Assembly: GCA_965220645.1 (NCBI GenBank)
Contig: OZ244836.1
Span: forward strand, 2,112,237-2,176,236
DNA: 64,000 nt
Origin: Candidatus Aldehydirespirator sp.
GTDB lineage: Bacteria > Actinomycetota > Acidimicrobiia > Acidimicrobiales > Aldehydirespiratoraceae
Direction of reading: 5' to 3'
Shown: in pieces, positions 53,977-63,802 of the stretch
How the letters are laid out: every line of letters starts with the position of its first letter
Position numbering within the stretch: position 1 is the first letter of the stretch
Position numbers and translations under genes: made by a program
The notes under the pieces: model-generated
What the model saw: only the letters and a program-made list of their open reading frames with translations
What the model was told of the DNA's origin: nothing
Databases searched by the model: none

Positions 53977-55509
53977 ATGGCTAGCGGAACGACTATTGCC
54001 GGCGGACCAGTCTTCAGGGAGGGGTTCGAGTACGAGTTCTCTGCGCTCCATCCGATGTCGGACCACATCGACCCGCCCGCGTTGGCGGCCTACGAATCAC
54101 CGCTGGCCAAGGGCACCGATTCGCAGCCGGTGGGGCTGCTTGCCGAATCATGGCGGATCAATGCAGACGGCACCGAGTGGTTGATGAAGATCAGGCCGAA
54201 CGTCACCTTCCACTCAGGGGCACCATGTGATGCGCAAGCTGTCCTAGAGGCACTCAACGCTATTCGGGCGGTCCTCGGCGAGTCTGGTGACGACTCGTAT
54301 TGGAACGCGGTGAGCGACGTGACGCTAGCCGATTCCGAGACGCTGCGTTTCGCGTTGCACCACCCGAGTGCTCGTGTGGCTTCATTGTTGTGGGGACCAC
54401 ACACCTTGATCCACAACGAGGCGGGTCGGCGCGAGCACGGGGAGGACTTTGGGACGGCGGTCGTCGACGGTACCGGTCCGTATCGCGTTATTTCCTGGTC
54501 CGAGGAGCGAGTTGCGGCCGAACGCTGGGATGCGTATGCGCGGCCGCCTGCACCGATGTTCGCTCAACCGTCGGCAAACATGCCTGACCGCATCGAGTGG
54601 ATCGCCGTGCTCGGCGAGTCTGAGCGTCTGGCAATGCTTGAAGCCGGCGAACTCGACTGCATCCACGCCCCGCCGGCCGATCAAGTCGCCCGACTTGCGG
54701 ACGATCCGCGCTACAAGATGTTCCGGCATTCGCAGCCGGCGAGCATGTACCTGACGTTGAACTGGGAATACCATGACCTCGGGTTCGACGACCTCAGAGT
54801 GCGCAAGGCCTTCCATCTTGCTGTCGATCGCGAGGAGATCGTCGCAACTGCGTTGGCGGGCTGTGGGTCGCCGACCTGGGGTCCGCTACCACCGGGTCTC
54901 GAGTTCTATGATCCGAGCATCGATGCCCGGGGCGCCTTCGATCCTCGGCAGGCCGGTGCGCTCTTGGATGCTGCGGGGTTCGCAGTAGGTGCCGACGGGA
55001 TTCGACAGCGCGATGAGCATCGCATGTCTGTTTCATGCGTCATCCAAGACGACGAGACTTTCCGGCGGGTCAGTGCGATCGTCGCCCGACAACTCGCGGA
55101 CATCGGTGTCGATCTTCGCTTCGAGTTCTACAAGCCGTTCGTCGAGTACTACGAGGCATGCCGACACAGTCCCGCTTGCACGATCAACAAGTGGCTTTGG
55201 CAGGATCCGATGGACGCCCTGATCGGATTCTGTGCGACCAATAACCGTCCGTTCCTGAACTGGTCGAACGCATCGAGCCCGCCACTTGACGATGCGTTCG
55301 ATGCGTGGACCCGGGCCGAAACCCTGGATGATCTCCACACCGCGGCGAGTCGGGCTCAACAGGCGTTCGCGAGGGACCTTCCTTATGTTCCGCTTCTCAC
55401 TCCTGACGATGTCTGGGTTTGGGATTCTCGATTCAGCGGCTATGACCCACGGCCGGGCATGCTCTACCCGTACTACCACACCCTCCACAACAGTCTCGCG
55501 AGTCGGTAG
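53977..55509 (+). CDS. Family-5 (peptide/nickel type) solute-binding-protein homolog without signal peptide
   Basis: SBP_bac_5-like body from residue ~10. There is an in-frame stop upstream of the ATG and no hydrophobic or lipobox N-terminus. Confidence 0.7.
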   Translation: MASGTTIAGGPVFREGFEYEFSALHPMSDHIDPPALAAYESPLAKGTDSQPVGLLAESWRINADGTEWLMKIRPNVTFHSGAPCDAQAVLEALNAIRAVLGESGDDSYWNAVSDVTLADSETLRFALHHPSARVASLLWGPHTLIHNEAGRREHGEDFGTAVVDGTGPYRVISWSEERVAAERWDAYARPPAPMFAQPSANMPDRIEWIAVLGESERLAMLEAGELDCIHAPPADQVARLADDPRYKMFRHSQPASMYLTLNWEYHDLGFDDLRVRKAFHLAVDREEIVATALAGCGSPTWGPLPPGLEFYDPSIDARGAFDPRQAGALLDAAGFAVGADGIRQRDEHRMSVSCVIQDDETFRRVSAIVARQLADIGVDLRFEFYKPFVEYYEACRHSPACTINKWLWQDPMDALIGFCATNNRPFLNWSNASSPPLDDAFDAWTRAETLDDLHTAASRAQQAFARDLPYVPLLTPDDVWVWDSRFSGYDPRPGMLYPYYHTLHNSLASR

Positions 55510-55684
55510 CGCACTTCGAGCCGGCTGAGGCGGTGGGCCGACTCATCCGGGGAAGACCTCGCCAGGTTGGCCGTTTTCGAGCCCAAGTCGGCCGCATGGC
55601 GAGTTTGACCAAGAGACCCGCCTGCAATATGGTTCTTGCACGTGACGGACGGGAATCCGTCATTTCACCCGGGGGGAGTTCATC

Positions 55685-57391
55685 ATGGGTTCGACGGATG
55701 CTGAGCATTCACTAACTGAGTTGGCGCGAGCGGATATCTCACGTCGCGCCTTCATGAGGCGCGCGGCGCTGTTGGGGATTGGTGCGGCCACTGCTGGCCA
55801 GATCCTTGCTGCGTGTGGCGATGACGACGCCACAACGGACGCCCCGGCGGAAGCACCTACCACAACGGCTGCGCCGGACACCGCCCCGCCCGAGGCGCCC
55901 GAGCCAAGCGGGCCCAAGGTCGGTGGGACGTTCCGCGAGGGCTACGACCGAGACCTGACAGGGCCTGACACAGTCTCCAGCGCGTGGGCCGACCCGACCT
56001 TCAACGCCTTCCACGAGGCGGTGGCAATCCGCAACCCAGAGGGCGCCCTGGTTCCCATGCTGGCCTCGGCGTTCGTCAGCAGCGACACCGGCTGGGAGTT
56101 CACCCTGCGCGACGGCCTCAAGTTCCACCACGGCGGTGATGTCACGCCGGAGGTCATTGTCGAGAACTTCAACCTGTTCCGGGATCCTGCTACTGGCGTC
56201 AACGCCGTCTTCTGGGCTCCGATCACAGATGTCACCAGCGAAGGAGACGTCATCCGGTGCCACACAGATGGTCCGTTCGCGGCCTTCCAGGAGACCGTGA
56301 GCACCGAGTACTCCTATATTCTCAATACTGCGACCCGTGAGGAGAATGGCGATCAGTACGGGGCAGCCATTGTCGATGGAACCGGCCCGTTCAGGATGGC
56401 ATCGTTCGATACAAGGCAGGGGGCCGTCGGTGAGCGTTGGGATGACTATCCCGGGTCCGTCGTCCCGTTCTTTGAGAACAAGGGCACGGCATATCTGGAT
56501 GCGGTCGAATTGATTCCGATTACGGAGTCAGCCCAGAGACGCAATGAGATCGAAACCGGCAACGTTGATGCGATCAAGAACCCGCCGCCACAAGATGTCG
56601 AAGCGCTCAGCAACAACGAGGACTTGGTTGTACAAGAGTTCCAGGAACTCTCAAACTTCTTCCTCAGCTTGAACATCGGAGCCACACAGCACGGGTTCGA
56701 TGACCTCCGCGTGCGGCAGGCGATCAGCCACGCGATCGATCGCGAGGGCATTGTCACTGCGGTATTGCGCGGTCGAGCTGTTGCCACCTACGGGCCATTC
56801 TGGCCTGCCTACAAGTGGTACAACCCCGACGTTGAGAACTTCAACCAATTCGACGTGGACAAGGCACGCTCGCTCCTGGATGACGCAGGCTGGGTGTCCT
56901 CCGGCGGTGGCATCCGCGAGAAGGACGGCGCCCAGCTCTCGTTCCCCATGCTGCACCTGTCGGAGGCGACCGAGAATGCCGTGATGGAGGCGATCGTAGA
57001 GATGCTGAAGGAGGTCGGCGTCGACATGCAGAACACCGATGAAGAAGCCTCCGCCTACTGGCCGCAGATAAACCTCGAGCTTGCCTCGTTCAGCCTCAAG
57101 GGACTGTGGTCGAGCGCTCCTGACCTGTCCGCGTACTTCTTCAACAACCTTCAGCCTGCAGGCGCCGCGGCGGGCGCATCGGCGTCGTATGTCCAGTGGC
57201 AGGTCGCCGGCGACGAAGAGAGCCTGCGCGCCGCGGCCATGCAGATGCAGGCAGTGGTCGCGGAGGAGCTGCCGTTCATCCCGATCTACACCCCGAACAC
57301 CGTCTGGGTGAACCACAAAGATGTGGTCGGCTGGCAGCCGAATCAGGTCAACTTGTACCCCTTCTACAACGATGTCTGGATGAACCGCTAG
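55685..57391 (+). CDS. ABC transporter substrate-binding lipoprotein, family 5, Tat signal
   Basis: SRRAFMRRAALLGIGAATAGQILAACG (twin-arginine plus lipobox). Confidence 0.85.
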   Translation: MGSTDAEHSLTELARADISRRAFMRRAALLGIGAATAGQILAACGDDDATTDAPAEAPTTTAAPDTAPPEAPEPSGPKVGGTFREGYDRDLTGPDTVSSAWADPTFNAFHEAVAIRNPEGALVPMLASAFVSSDTGWEFTLRDGLKFHHGGDVTPEVIVENFNLFRDPATGVNAVFWAPITDVTSEGDVIRCHTDGPFAAFQETVSTEYSYILNTATREENGDQYGAAIVDGTGPFRMASFDTRQGAVGERWDDYPGSVVPFFENKGTAYLDAVELIPITESAQRRNEIETGNVDAIKNPPPQDVEALSNNEDLVVQEFQELSNFFLSLNIGATQHGFDDLRVRQAISHAIDREGIVTAVLRGRAVATYGPFWPAYKWYNPDVENFNQFDVDKARSLLDDAGWVSSGGGIREKDGAQLSFPMLHLSEATENAVMEAIVEMLKEVGVDMQNTDEEASAYWPQINLELASFSLKGLWSSAPDLSAYFFNNLQPAGAAAGASASYVQWQVAGDEESLRAAAMQMQAVVAEELPFIPIYTPNTVWVNHKDVVGWQPNQVNLYPFYNDVWMNR

Positions 57392-57466
57392 CCGCGCTCG
57401 ACCGTTCGGGACTCCTCGGGCCCAGCCCGGGGCGGAGGGTTCGGCCCAAGACAAGCCGGAGCACAC

Positions 57467-58402
57467 GTGCAGTACGTGGTCCAACGTATCGCTCACGCTG
57501 TGGGTGTCATCTTCCTGGTCTCGATAGTGACGTTCCTGGCGCTGCGCACGACGCCCGGGAATGTCATCACGTCGCTGTTCAATCCCATCACCGTGGGAGA
57601 AGAGGCGGTCGAGCAGGCCATCGCCGATCTGGGGCTCGACGACCCGTTGTGGGAACAGTACTGGGACTACATATCCGACGTGCTCCGAGGTGACCTCGGC
57701 TTCTCGATAGTCCGCGGCAAGGATGTCATCGACTTGGTGGGTAGCGCCATCGGCTACACGCTCATGCTGGCAGCGGCAGCCTTTGTCGTGGCGTTCGGCA
57801 TCGGTGCACCGGTCGGTGTGGTCTCCGCGCTGAATGCTGGCAAATTGCTGGACCGCGTCATCCGGGCCTTCATCAGCGTCTTCCAGGCGGTTCCCAACTT
57901 CGTTCTCGCCCTGCTCGCGGTACTCGTCTTCGGGGTGCGACTCGACTGGCTGCCGGTGTCCGGCGCCGACGGACCTCTACATCTTGTGTTGCCGACCCTC
58001 GTTCTCGCCGCCGAACCCGGCGCGCTAACGGCCCGAGTCAGTCGCACTGCCGTGCTGGAACAGCTCTCGTCGGACTTCACGCGGACGCTTCGGGCTCGTG
58101 GCGTAGCGATATGGCGGATTCATTGGGTCCACGTGCTGCGGAACTCCTTGTCACCCGTCATCTCGCTCGGCGGCGTCCAGGTTCGAAGCCTGTTGGGCTA
58201 CACCCTCATCGTCGAGGTGATCTTCCGCTGGCCTGGACTCGGATCCGAGCTCGTCGGCAGCGTGCTCAACCGCGACTACCCAGTGGCGCAGTCCTTGACG
58301 CTGCTGCTGGCGGCCGTCGTTGTCGGGTCCAGCGTGCTGGCCGACCTGCTGCACCGGTGGGCCGATCCGCGAGTCCGGTTGGCCGGCTCGGAGGCGGAGT
58401 GA
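57467..58402 (+). CDS. ABC transporter permease (DppB/OppB-like)
   Basis: 311 aa, 6 TM, binding-protein-dependent transport signature region. Confidence 0.9.
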   Translation: MQYVVQRIAHAVGVIFLVSIVTFLALRTTPGNVITSLFNPITVGEEAVEQAIADLGLDDPLWEQYWDYISDVLRGDLGFSIVRGKDVIDLVGSAIGYTLMLAAAAFVVAFGIGAPVGVVSALNAGKLLDRVIRAFISVFQAVPNFVLALLAVLVFGVRLDWLPVSGADGPLHLVLPTLVLAAEPGALTARVSRTAVLEQLSSDFTRTLRARGVAIWRIHWVHVLRNSLSPVISLGGVQVRSLLGYTLIVEVIFRWPGLGSELVGSVLNRDYPVAQSLTLLLAAVVVGSSVLADLLHRWADPRVRLAGSEAE

Positions 58403-58418
58403 TCGCGGGGGCGCAGCG

Positions 58419-59279
58419 ATGCTGACGACGACGGAGTCGAGACACACTCCAAAGTGGCGGTCCGGGCGATTTCTAGCCGTGGCGCTCGGTGTGTATGCAG
58501 CCGCCGCTCTGGTCGGGCTGGTCACCCCGATCGTTCCGCCGCTGGAGCGGCTGGTCAACGAGCAGAACCTGGCCGACTTCCTCCTACCGCCGCTCTCTGA
58601 GGGCTACCCGTTCGGAACTGATGAGTTGGGCCGGGACTTCATGTGGCGGCTCATCGGTGGCCTCGGCGTCTCGATGAGCGTTGGCGTGGTGGCGGCCGTG
58701 CTGTCCATCGTTCTCGGACTTGTGCTGGGCATTGTCGGCGGGTTCTTCAGGCGAACTGCGGGCGTGTCGGTCGCGGTGGTGGTCGACGTCACATGGGCGT
58801 TCCCGGAGATATTGCTGGCCATCATGCTGGCCGGATGGCTCGGTCCGGGTCTTCGCGCGGTAGTCTTGGCCGTAGCTCTCACAGGGTGGGCGAGCTTTGC
58901 AAAGATCGTTCGCGGGGAGGTGCTGTCGCTGCGCGAGCGAGACTTCGTGGCGGCGTCGAGGGTTCTCGGGATGTCGAAGCTACGCATCAGCCTCCGCCAC
59001 CTGGTGCCGAACCTGGTGCCGGTCATGATGGTGATGACCGTGTTCTTCATGGCGGCAGCCATCATCGCGGAGGCTGGGCTGTCGTTCCTTGGCCTTGGCG
59101 CACAGCCGCCGACGCCGAGCCTCGGTCTGATCCTGGCGCGGGGCCGCGATTCTCTCCACGAAGCGTGGTGGCTCGTAGTCTTGGCCAGCGTGTTGCTTGG
59201 AGGGCTGGTCATGCTTCTCAACGCGGCCAGCGACTATCTCCGCGACCGGCTAGATCCCGCCAACGCCGAACGTCAATAG
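58419..59279 (+). CDS. ABC transporter permease (DppC/OppC-like)
   Basis: Start placed at ATG 58419 (MLTTTESRH...). EAGLSFLGLG motif. Confidence 0.9.
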   Translation: MLTTTESRHTPKWRSGRFLAVALGVYAAAALVGLVTPIVPPLERLVNEQNLADFLLPPLSEGYPFGTDELGRDFMWRLIGGLGVSMSVGVVAAVLSIVLGLVLGIVGGFFRRTAGVSVAVVVDVTWAFPEILLAIMLAGWLGPGLRAVVLAVALTGWASFAKIVRGEVLSLRERDFVAASRVLGMSKLRISLRHLVPNLVPVMMVMTVFFMAAAIIAEAGLSFLGLGAQPPTPSLGLILARGRDSLHEAWWLVVLASVLLGGLVMLLNAASDYLRDRLDPANAERQ

Positions 59280-59290
59280 AACACCGACAG

Positions 59291-60304
59291 ATGCCCCTCC
59301 AATCGATCCCGAACACAGCAGCCGTGGCTTCCGACACATCAACCCTTGAGCTCCAGCAGGTCTCCATCTCGGCGCGTTTCGCCCGCGGCCTGCGCCCGCT
59401 GACGACTGGCGTTGACCTTCGGATCGATCAGGGGGAGATCGTGGGCTTGGTCGGGGAAAGCGGCTCCGGAAAGACCATCACTGCCCTGTCGTGCATGGGG
59501 CTTCTTCCCGGCGGTCTCGAACGCGTGAGCGGGCGCGTCTTCTTGGCTGGACGCGACATGACGGAGGCTTCCGAGCGCGAATGGAACCGCGTACGCGGTC
59601 CCAATGTGGCCATGATCTTTCAGGATCCGATGACGAGCCTCGATCCCTGCTTCAGCGTCGGGAAGCAGATTGTCGAAGCGGTGCGGGCACACCGCGATGT
59701 CTCCAGGCAAGCCGCTCGCAAGATGGCGATCGAGGTGATGGGCGAGGCCGGGATACCCGAGCCGGAGTCCCGATTCGAGGCCTTCCCCCACGAGCTGTCG
59801 GGCGGGCTGCGTCAACGAGCCATGATCGCAGGCGCCTTGGTGCTCGAACCTTCCGTTCTCATCGCCGACGAGCCAACTACCGCTCTGGACGTCACGACCC
59901 AAGCGCAGATAGTGGAGCTGGTACTGGGATTGTGCGAGGTCAGGTCGATGAGCGTGTTGTGGATCTCTCATGATCTCGCGGTCGTGTCAGATCTGGCCGA
60001 CCGCGTCTCTGTCATGTATGCAGGCGAACTGGTCGAGTCAGGCCCGACGCTCGAGCTCTTTGCGCAGCCCAGCCACCACTACACAGCCGGTCTTCTGGAC
60101 AGCGCCACGCACCGGCCCTTCGGGGAGCCCTTCGGGTTCATCCAGGGGACAGTGCCAGAAACATCAGACTGGGGGGACGGGTGCCGGTTCGCGCCACGAT
60201 GCCCGAGGTTCGACGATGTGTGCACGGCTCACCCGGAATTGGCGCCGACCGGCCCCGGTCGAATGACCCGTTGCCATCATCCGGCGCCTGAGGCGGGTCC
60301 ATGA
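59291..60304 (+). CDS. ABC transporter ATP-binding protein (DppD-like)
   Basis: GESGSGKT, LSGGLRQR, IADEPTTALD, C-terminal oligopeptide-type Cys cluster. Start placed at ATG 59291. Confidence 0.9.
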   Translation: MPLQSIPNTAAVASDTSTLELQQVSISARFARGLRPLTTGVDLRIDQGEIVGLVGESGSGKTITALSCMGLLPGGLERVSGRVFLAGRDMTEASEREWNRVRGPNVAMIFQDPMTSLDPCFSVGKQIVEAVRAHRDVSRQAARKMAIEVMGEAGIPEPESRFEAFPHELSGGLRQRAMIAGALVLEPSVLIADEPTTALDVTTQAQIVELVLGLCEVRSMSVLWISHDLAVVSDLADRVSVMYAGELVESGPTLELFAQPSHHYTAGLLDSATHRPFGEPFGFIQGTVPETSDWGDGCRFAPRCPRFDDVCTAHPELAPTGPGRMTRCHHPAPEAGP

Positions 60305-61074
60305 GCACAATCGTTCTCGCCGAGCACCTCACGAAGGAGTTCAAGTCGCGCCATGGCAGGGCCACAACGGTCGCGGTTGACGATGTCTCGTTCGTCGTGA
60401 ACGAGGGGGAGTCCTTCGGAATCGTAGGTGAGAGCGGCTCGGGCAAGACAACCGTTGCTCGCATGATGCTCGGACTGATCTCGCCCTCCTCGGGCAGGGT
60501 GGAAGTTGACGGGATTGATGTGTGGAGAGGTGAACGTGAGGGACGGCAGACCCTGCCGAAGGTCATTCAGGCAGTCTTTCAGGATCCGTTCTCCTCGATG
60601 AATCCGCGCATGCGTGTCGGGCGGATCGTCACCGAGGGGCTGCGAGGTCTCGCCTCCGGTGAGCGGCAGACCGAAGCGGAACGACTCCTGGAAATGGTTG
60701 GGTTGTCGAAGCGAAATGTCGATGTCTTCCCGCGCCGGTTGTCGGGCGGCCAGAGACAGCGTGTGGCGATCGCCCGTGCATTGGCGATGGAGCCGCGGAT
60801 AATCGTTGCCGACGAGCCCGTGAGTTCACTCGATGTCTCCCTTCAGGGCCAGATCCTCAACCTCCTCGCGGAACTGGGCGACGAGTACGGCCTCACGACG
60901 GTCATGGTCAGCCATGACCTCGGCGTGGTCCGGCAGTTCTGCTCCCGAGTCATCGTCATGTCCGAGGGACAAGTGGTCGAGGAGGGTGACCCGGATCGAA
61001 TCCTGCGCGAGCCCGAGCACAGCTATACGAAGAATCTCGTCGCCGCGATCCCGCGCTTGCCCGGCGAGCCATGA
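60301..61074 (+). CDS. ABC transporter ATP-binding protein (DppF-like)
   Basis: GESGSGKT, LSGGQRQR, VADEPVSSLD. ATGA overlap with the previous gene. Confidence 0.9.
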   Translation: MSTIVLAEHLTKEFKSRHGRATTVAVDDVSFVVNEGESFGIVGESGSGKTTVARMMLGLISPSSGRVEVDGIDVWRGEREGRQTLPKVIQAVFQDPFSSMNPRMRVGRIVTEGLRGLASGERQTEAERLLEMVGLSKRNVDVFPRRLSGGQRQRVAIARALAMEPRIIVADEPVSSLDVSLQGQILNLLAELGDEYGLTTVMVSHDLGVVRQFCSRVIVMSEGQVVEEGDPDRILREPEHSYTKNLVAAIPRLPGEP

Positions 61075-61742
61075 CCGCCATCGTGTCGGGCGATATCGTC
61101 GAGTTCCCGCTCGGCTCGGGTGTGGCCTGCATCGGCGAATGGTTCCGAGCACGAGACGCGATGGGCGCTGTTGTGCTGTTTCATGACAAGGGTGAGGATC
61201 TGGACGCCCTCCGCCCAATCTCGCTGCCACTGCGCAAGCTGCGGCTCGACGCCCTGCTCATCGACCTGCCCGGGCACGGCTTGAGCGGCGGTTCCTGGGA
61301 TGAGCACGGATGTCAAGCGGTTGAGCTCGCCATGGCGCACTGCGCCTCGCAGACAACGCCGCCGCCTGCGGTGGTGGCGCACGGGCAGGCGACGAACCTG
61401 GTTGTAGCCCAGAACACTGCCGTCGTATCAGCGTTGGTGACCATCGGCCCTCGGTTGTCAGAGAGTGACCTCGCGCCCGAGAGTCCGTGGCGTCACGTCC
61501 CGACGTTCGTTGTCGTCGATCCGACCGATGCCGAAGCCCAGCAGTCGCAACGGCATATCCAGCGCTGGCTCAGAGCCTGGAACCTCCTACTGCAACTCCA
61601 CTACGAGAAGGCGCGGCGCCAAGACCCCACGGACTGGCCGCCACAGGTACCGACGGGGAGCGCAGCATTTGCTGCTGAACAGATCGCCTACCGCATACCC
61701 GCGAAGGATCGGCAAGCGCCTCAAGCGCGGCGAACTCCGTGA
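61071..61742 (+). CDS. Hypothetical protein, possibly alpha/beta-hydrolase-like
   Basis: VVLFHDKGEDLD...LIDLPGHGLSGG resembles the beta-strand/oxyanion region of alpha/beta hydrolases. I see no clear GxSxG nucleophile. ATGA overlap with the ABC ATPase. Confidence 0.35.
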   Translation: MTAIVSGDIVEFPLGSGVACIGEWFRARDAMGAVVLFHDKGEDLDALRPISLPLRKLRLDALLIDLPGHGLSGGSWDEHGCQAVELAMAHCASQTTPPPAVVAHGQATNLVVAQNTAVVSALVTIGPRLSESDLAPESPWRHVPTFVVVDPTDAEAQQSQRHIQRWLRAWNLLLQLHYEKARRQDPTDWPPQVPTGSAAFAAEQIAYRIPAKDRQAPQARRTP

Positions 61743-61790
61743 TGCCAGCCATACGAGCCCCCGCACGCCGGCTAGGGCCCGCCCCGACCT

Positions 61791-61940
61791 CGCAGTCCGC
61801 GCCGGCCGAACTCCAATAGCGATCCCGCTAGTCGTCGCCGCGCAGTCCGCGCCGGCCGAACTCCAATAGCGATCCCGCTAGTCGTCGCCGCGCAGTCCGC
61901 GCCGGCCGAACTCCAATAGCGATCCCGCTAGTCGTCGCCG
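61791..61940. repeat. Tandem repeat, 50 bp x 3
   Basis: Unit CGCAGTCCGCGCCGGCCGAACTCCAATAGCGATCCCGCTAGTCGTCGCCG starts at 61791, 61841 and 61891. Each unit contains the reverse complement of the last codons (RGDD-stop) of the amine oxidase gene. Confidence 0.9.
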
Positions 61941-63226
61941 CGCAGCCGCGGGCTGAGCGCGGCTGCAGCGTCGGCGCCGCTCTCGATGGCGCCGTCCATG
62001 AATCCGGCCCATCCCCGGGCGAGGTCCGAGCCGGCGAAGTAGAGCCGGCCGTGAGGGACGGAGAAGTCGGAGTAGTAGCGCGACAGCTGACCCGGCCGGT
62101 AGGTGGTCCAGGTTCCCTTGGCGTAGCGGTCGGCGGTCCAGTTGTGGCTGTCGCACACACGGACGGTCGCCTCGGGCGCGAATTGGCGGAGGGCTTGCTG
62201 CACCTGGGCGGGATCGTTCCCGTCGATCGCCGAGTCGTCGGCGCCGATGCCCACCAGGAGCCGCCCGCCGTCGAAGTTGGCCTGCTCGGAGGTCCAGCAC
62301 AGCGGTCCGCCCCAGCCCGAGGCCATGAGGAATTCGGGAACGTTGTCGACCAAAGCGTGGAGCTTGACCGCTTGACCCGCCAGCCCTTCTTGGGCGAACC
62401 GGGCCTTGAGCGAGTCGGCCGGGATGGGCAGCTCGATGTCTTGCCAGGTGTTGACCGGGGCGGCCAGCAGCGCGAACCGAGCGGTGTGGGCGTCGCCGCC
62501 GGCTGTGGTCACTTCGATGTGGTTGCCGGCGTCGGCGATTGAGGCGACCGGCGCCGACAGCTCGATGTCAGCGCCGCTGTCGGCTGCGAGGGCCTCGACG
62601 AGGCTGGCCGTTCCCTTCGCGAACTTGGTGGCGGGGGCGTCGTCGAGCGTCCAAACGGCGTTGTCGTAACCCGCGACCCAGGTGAGGACCTGCAGTGCCG
62701 AGTTGTCTGAGGGGTGGCAACCGAACGCGAAGGCAGACCACATCGTGAGGTACTCGGCGACGAACTGGTGGTCGGTGTACGGCGCGATGAACTCAGAGAA
62801 GGCGATGTCCAGGTCGTGCAGATCCGGGTTGTCGAGGTCGGCGCCGAACGTGACCCGGCGGGATTGCTCGATGACGTGGTCGAGTGCCTTGTCGAGATCG
62901 GGACGGAACTCTCGAGGTACGGGCTGGTCGGGGCGAGGGAGGCTGCGGCCGCAGAGCGACACCCGGAACTCCTGACCGGCGGGGCTAAGCACGGTGGGCA
63001 GGGAGTAGCGCTGGATCTCGCGGGCAATGTTGAGCTGGGTGGCTTCGTCGAACCACGTGCCGCCCATCTCGTTACGGCGGTCGGTGCCACCGAATTGCTT
63101 GTACCAGGTGCGCCCGCCGAGCCGGTCGCGCGCCTCCAGCACGAGCACCGCGTTTCCGTCGTGGGCCAGGTCTCGGGCGGCGGTCAGGCCGGCGATACCC
63201 CCGCCAACGACGACGACGTCATGCAT
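61928..63226 (-). CDS. Flavin-dependent amine oxidase family protein
   Basis: MHDVVVVGGGIAGLTAARDL dinucleotide-binding motif, ...GGRT..., C-terminal FAGSD motif. Start placed at ATG 63226. Confidence 0.8.
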   Translation of the reverse strand: MHDVVVVGGGIAGLTAARDLAHDGNAVLVLEARDRLGGRTWYKQFGGTDRRNEMGGTWFDEATQLNIAREIQRYSLPTVLSPAGQEFRVSLCGRSLPRPDQPVPREFRPDLDKALDHVIEQSRRVTFGADLDNPDLHDLDIAFSEFIAPYTDHQFVAEYLTMWSAFAFGCHPSDNSALQVLTWVAGYDNAVWTLDDAPATKFAKGTASLVEALAADSGADIELSAPVASIADAGNHIEVTTAGGDAHTARFALLAAPVNTWQDIELPIPADSLKARFAQEGLAGQAVKLHALVDNVPEFLMASGWGGPLCWTSEQANFDGGRLLVGIGADDSAIDGNDPAQVQQALRQFAPEATVRVCDSHNWTADRYAKGTWTTYRPGQLSRYYSDFSVPHGRLYFAGSDLARGWAGFMDGAIESGADAAAALSPRLRGDD

Positions 63227-63446
63227 GAGGCTGGCCTCCCCGCTGGGCCTTGAAGTCCCCAAGCCAACATACCGCACCGCGAGACGCCGGTCGGTGTCGG
63301 AAGCACCCGGGGCGGGGCTGGACGCTGACGCCCGCGACGGAGAAGAGGTCGAGGTTGCAGCCGGGAGTGGTTAGTGCCGGGTTGGGCCCTCAGCCCTGCA
63401 GGTCTTCGGGTGTGGGCTCGGGGGTCACGATCTGGATCCGGTTCCC

Positions 63447-63758
63447 GTGTGCGCCCTCAACGACGTCATAACCACCCACTGGGTGATGACGCAGGGCAAC
63501 GCGACGCTGCCGATCTACGGGCCGCCGGGCACCGCGCAGTTCGTCGAACGGCAGATGGCCGCGCTCGAAGCCGACGACTACCACTCAGGTGTGATCGAGG
63601 CAGCCCAGACCGCGGCGAGGACCCGAGCCAAGCGGCTCGTCCTCACCCACCTGGTGCCGCCGGCGCCCGAGCAGTACCCGGAGTGGATCGCCCGCGCCGC
63701 CGATCACTTCGACGGAGAGATCGTGATCGGCGACGACCTGACCACGATCACCATCTGA
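63447..63758 (+). pseudogene. C-terminal fragment of an MBL-fold hydrolase
   Basis: LPIYGPPGT...AKRLVLTHL... matches the C-terminal half of MBL-fold or RNase Z-like proteins. There is no HxHxDH region, and the frame closes at 63372. Confidence 0.4.
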
Positions 63759-63802
63759 TCACCATCTGACGCCGCCTCATCGATCCCGGTGGCTGGACGG
63801 CA

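Noticed and set aside
61791-61940. CRISPR array (also considered for 26686-26823).
   Set aside because: The units are directly adjacent with no unique spacers. There are no cas genes, and the units overlap a gene 3' end.
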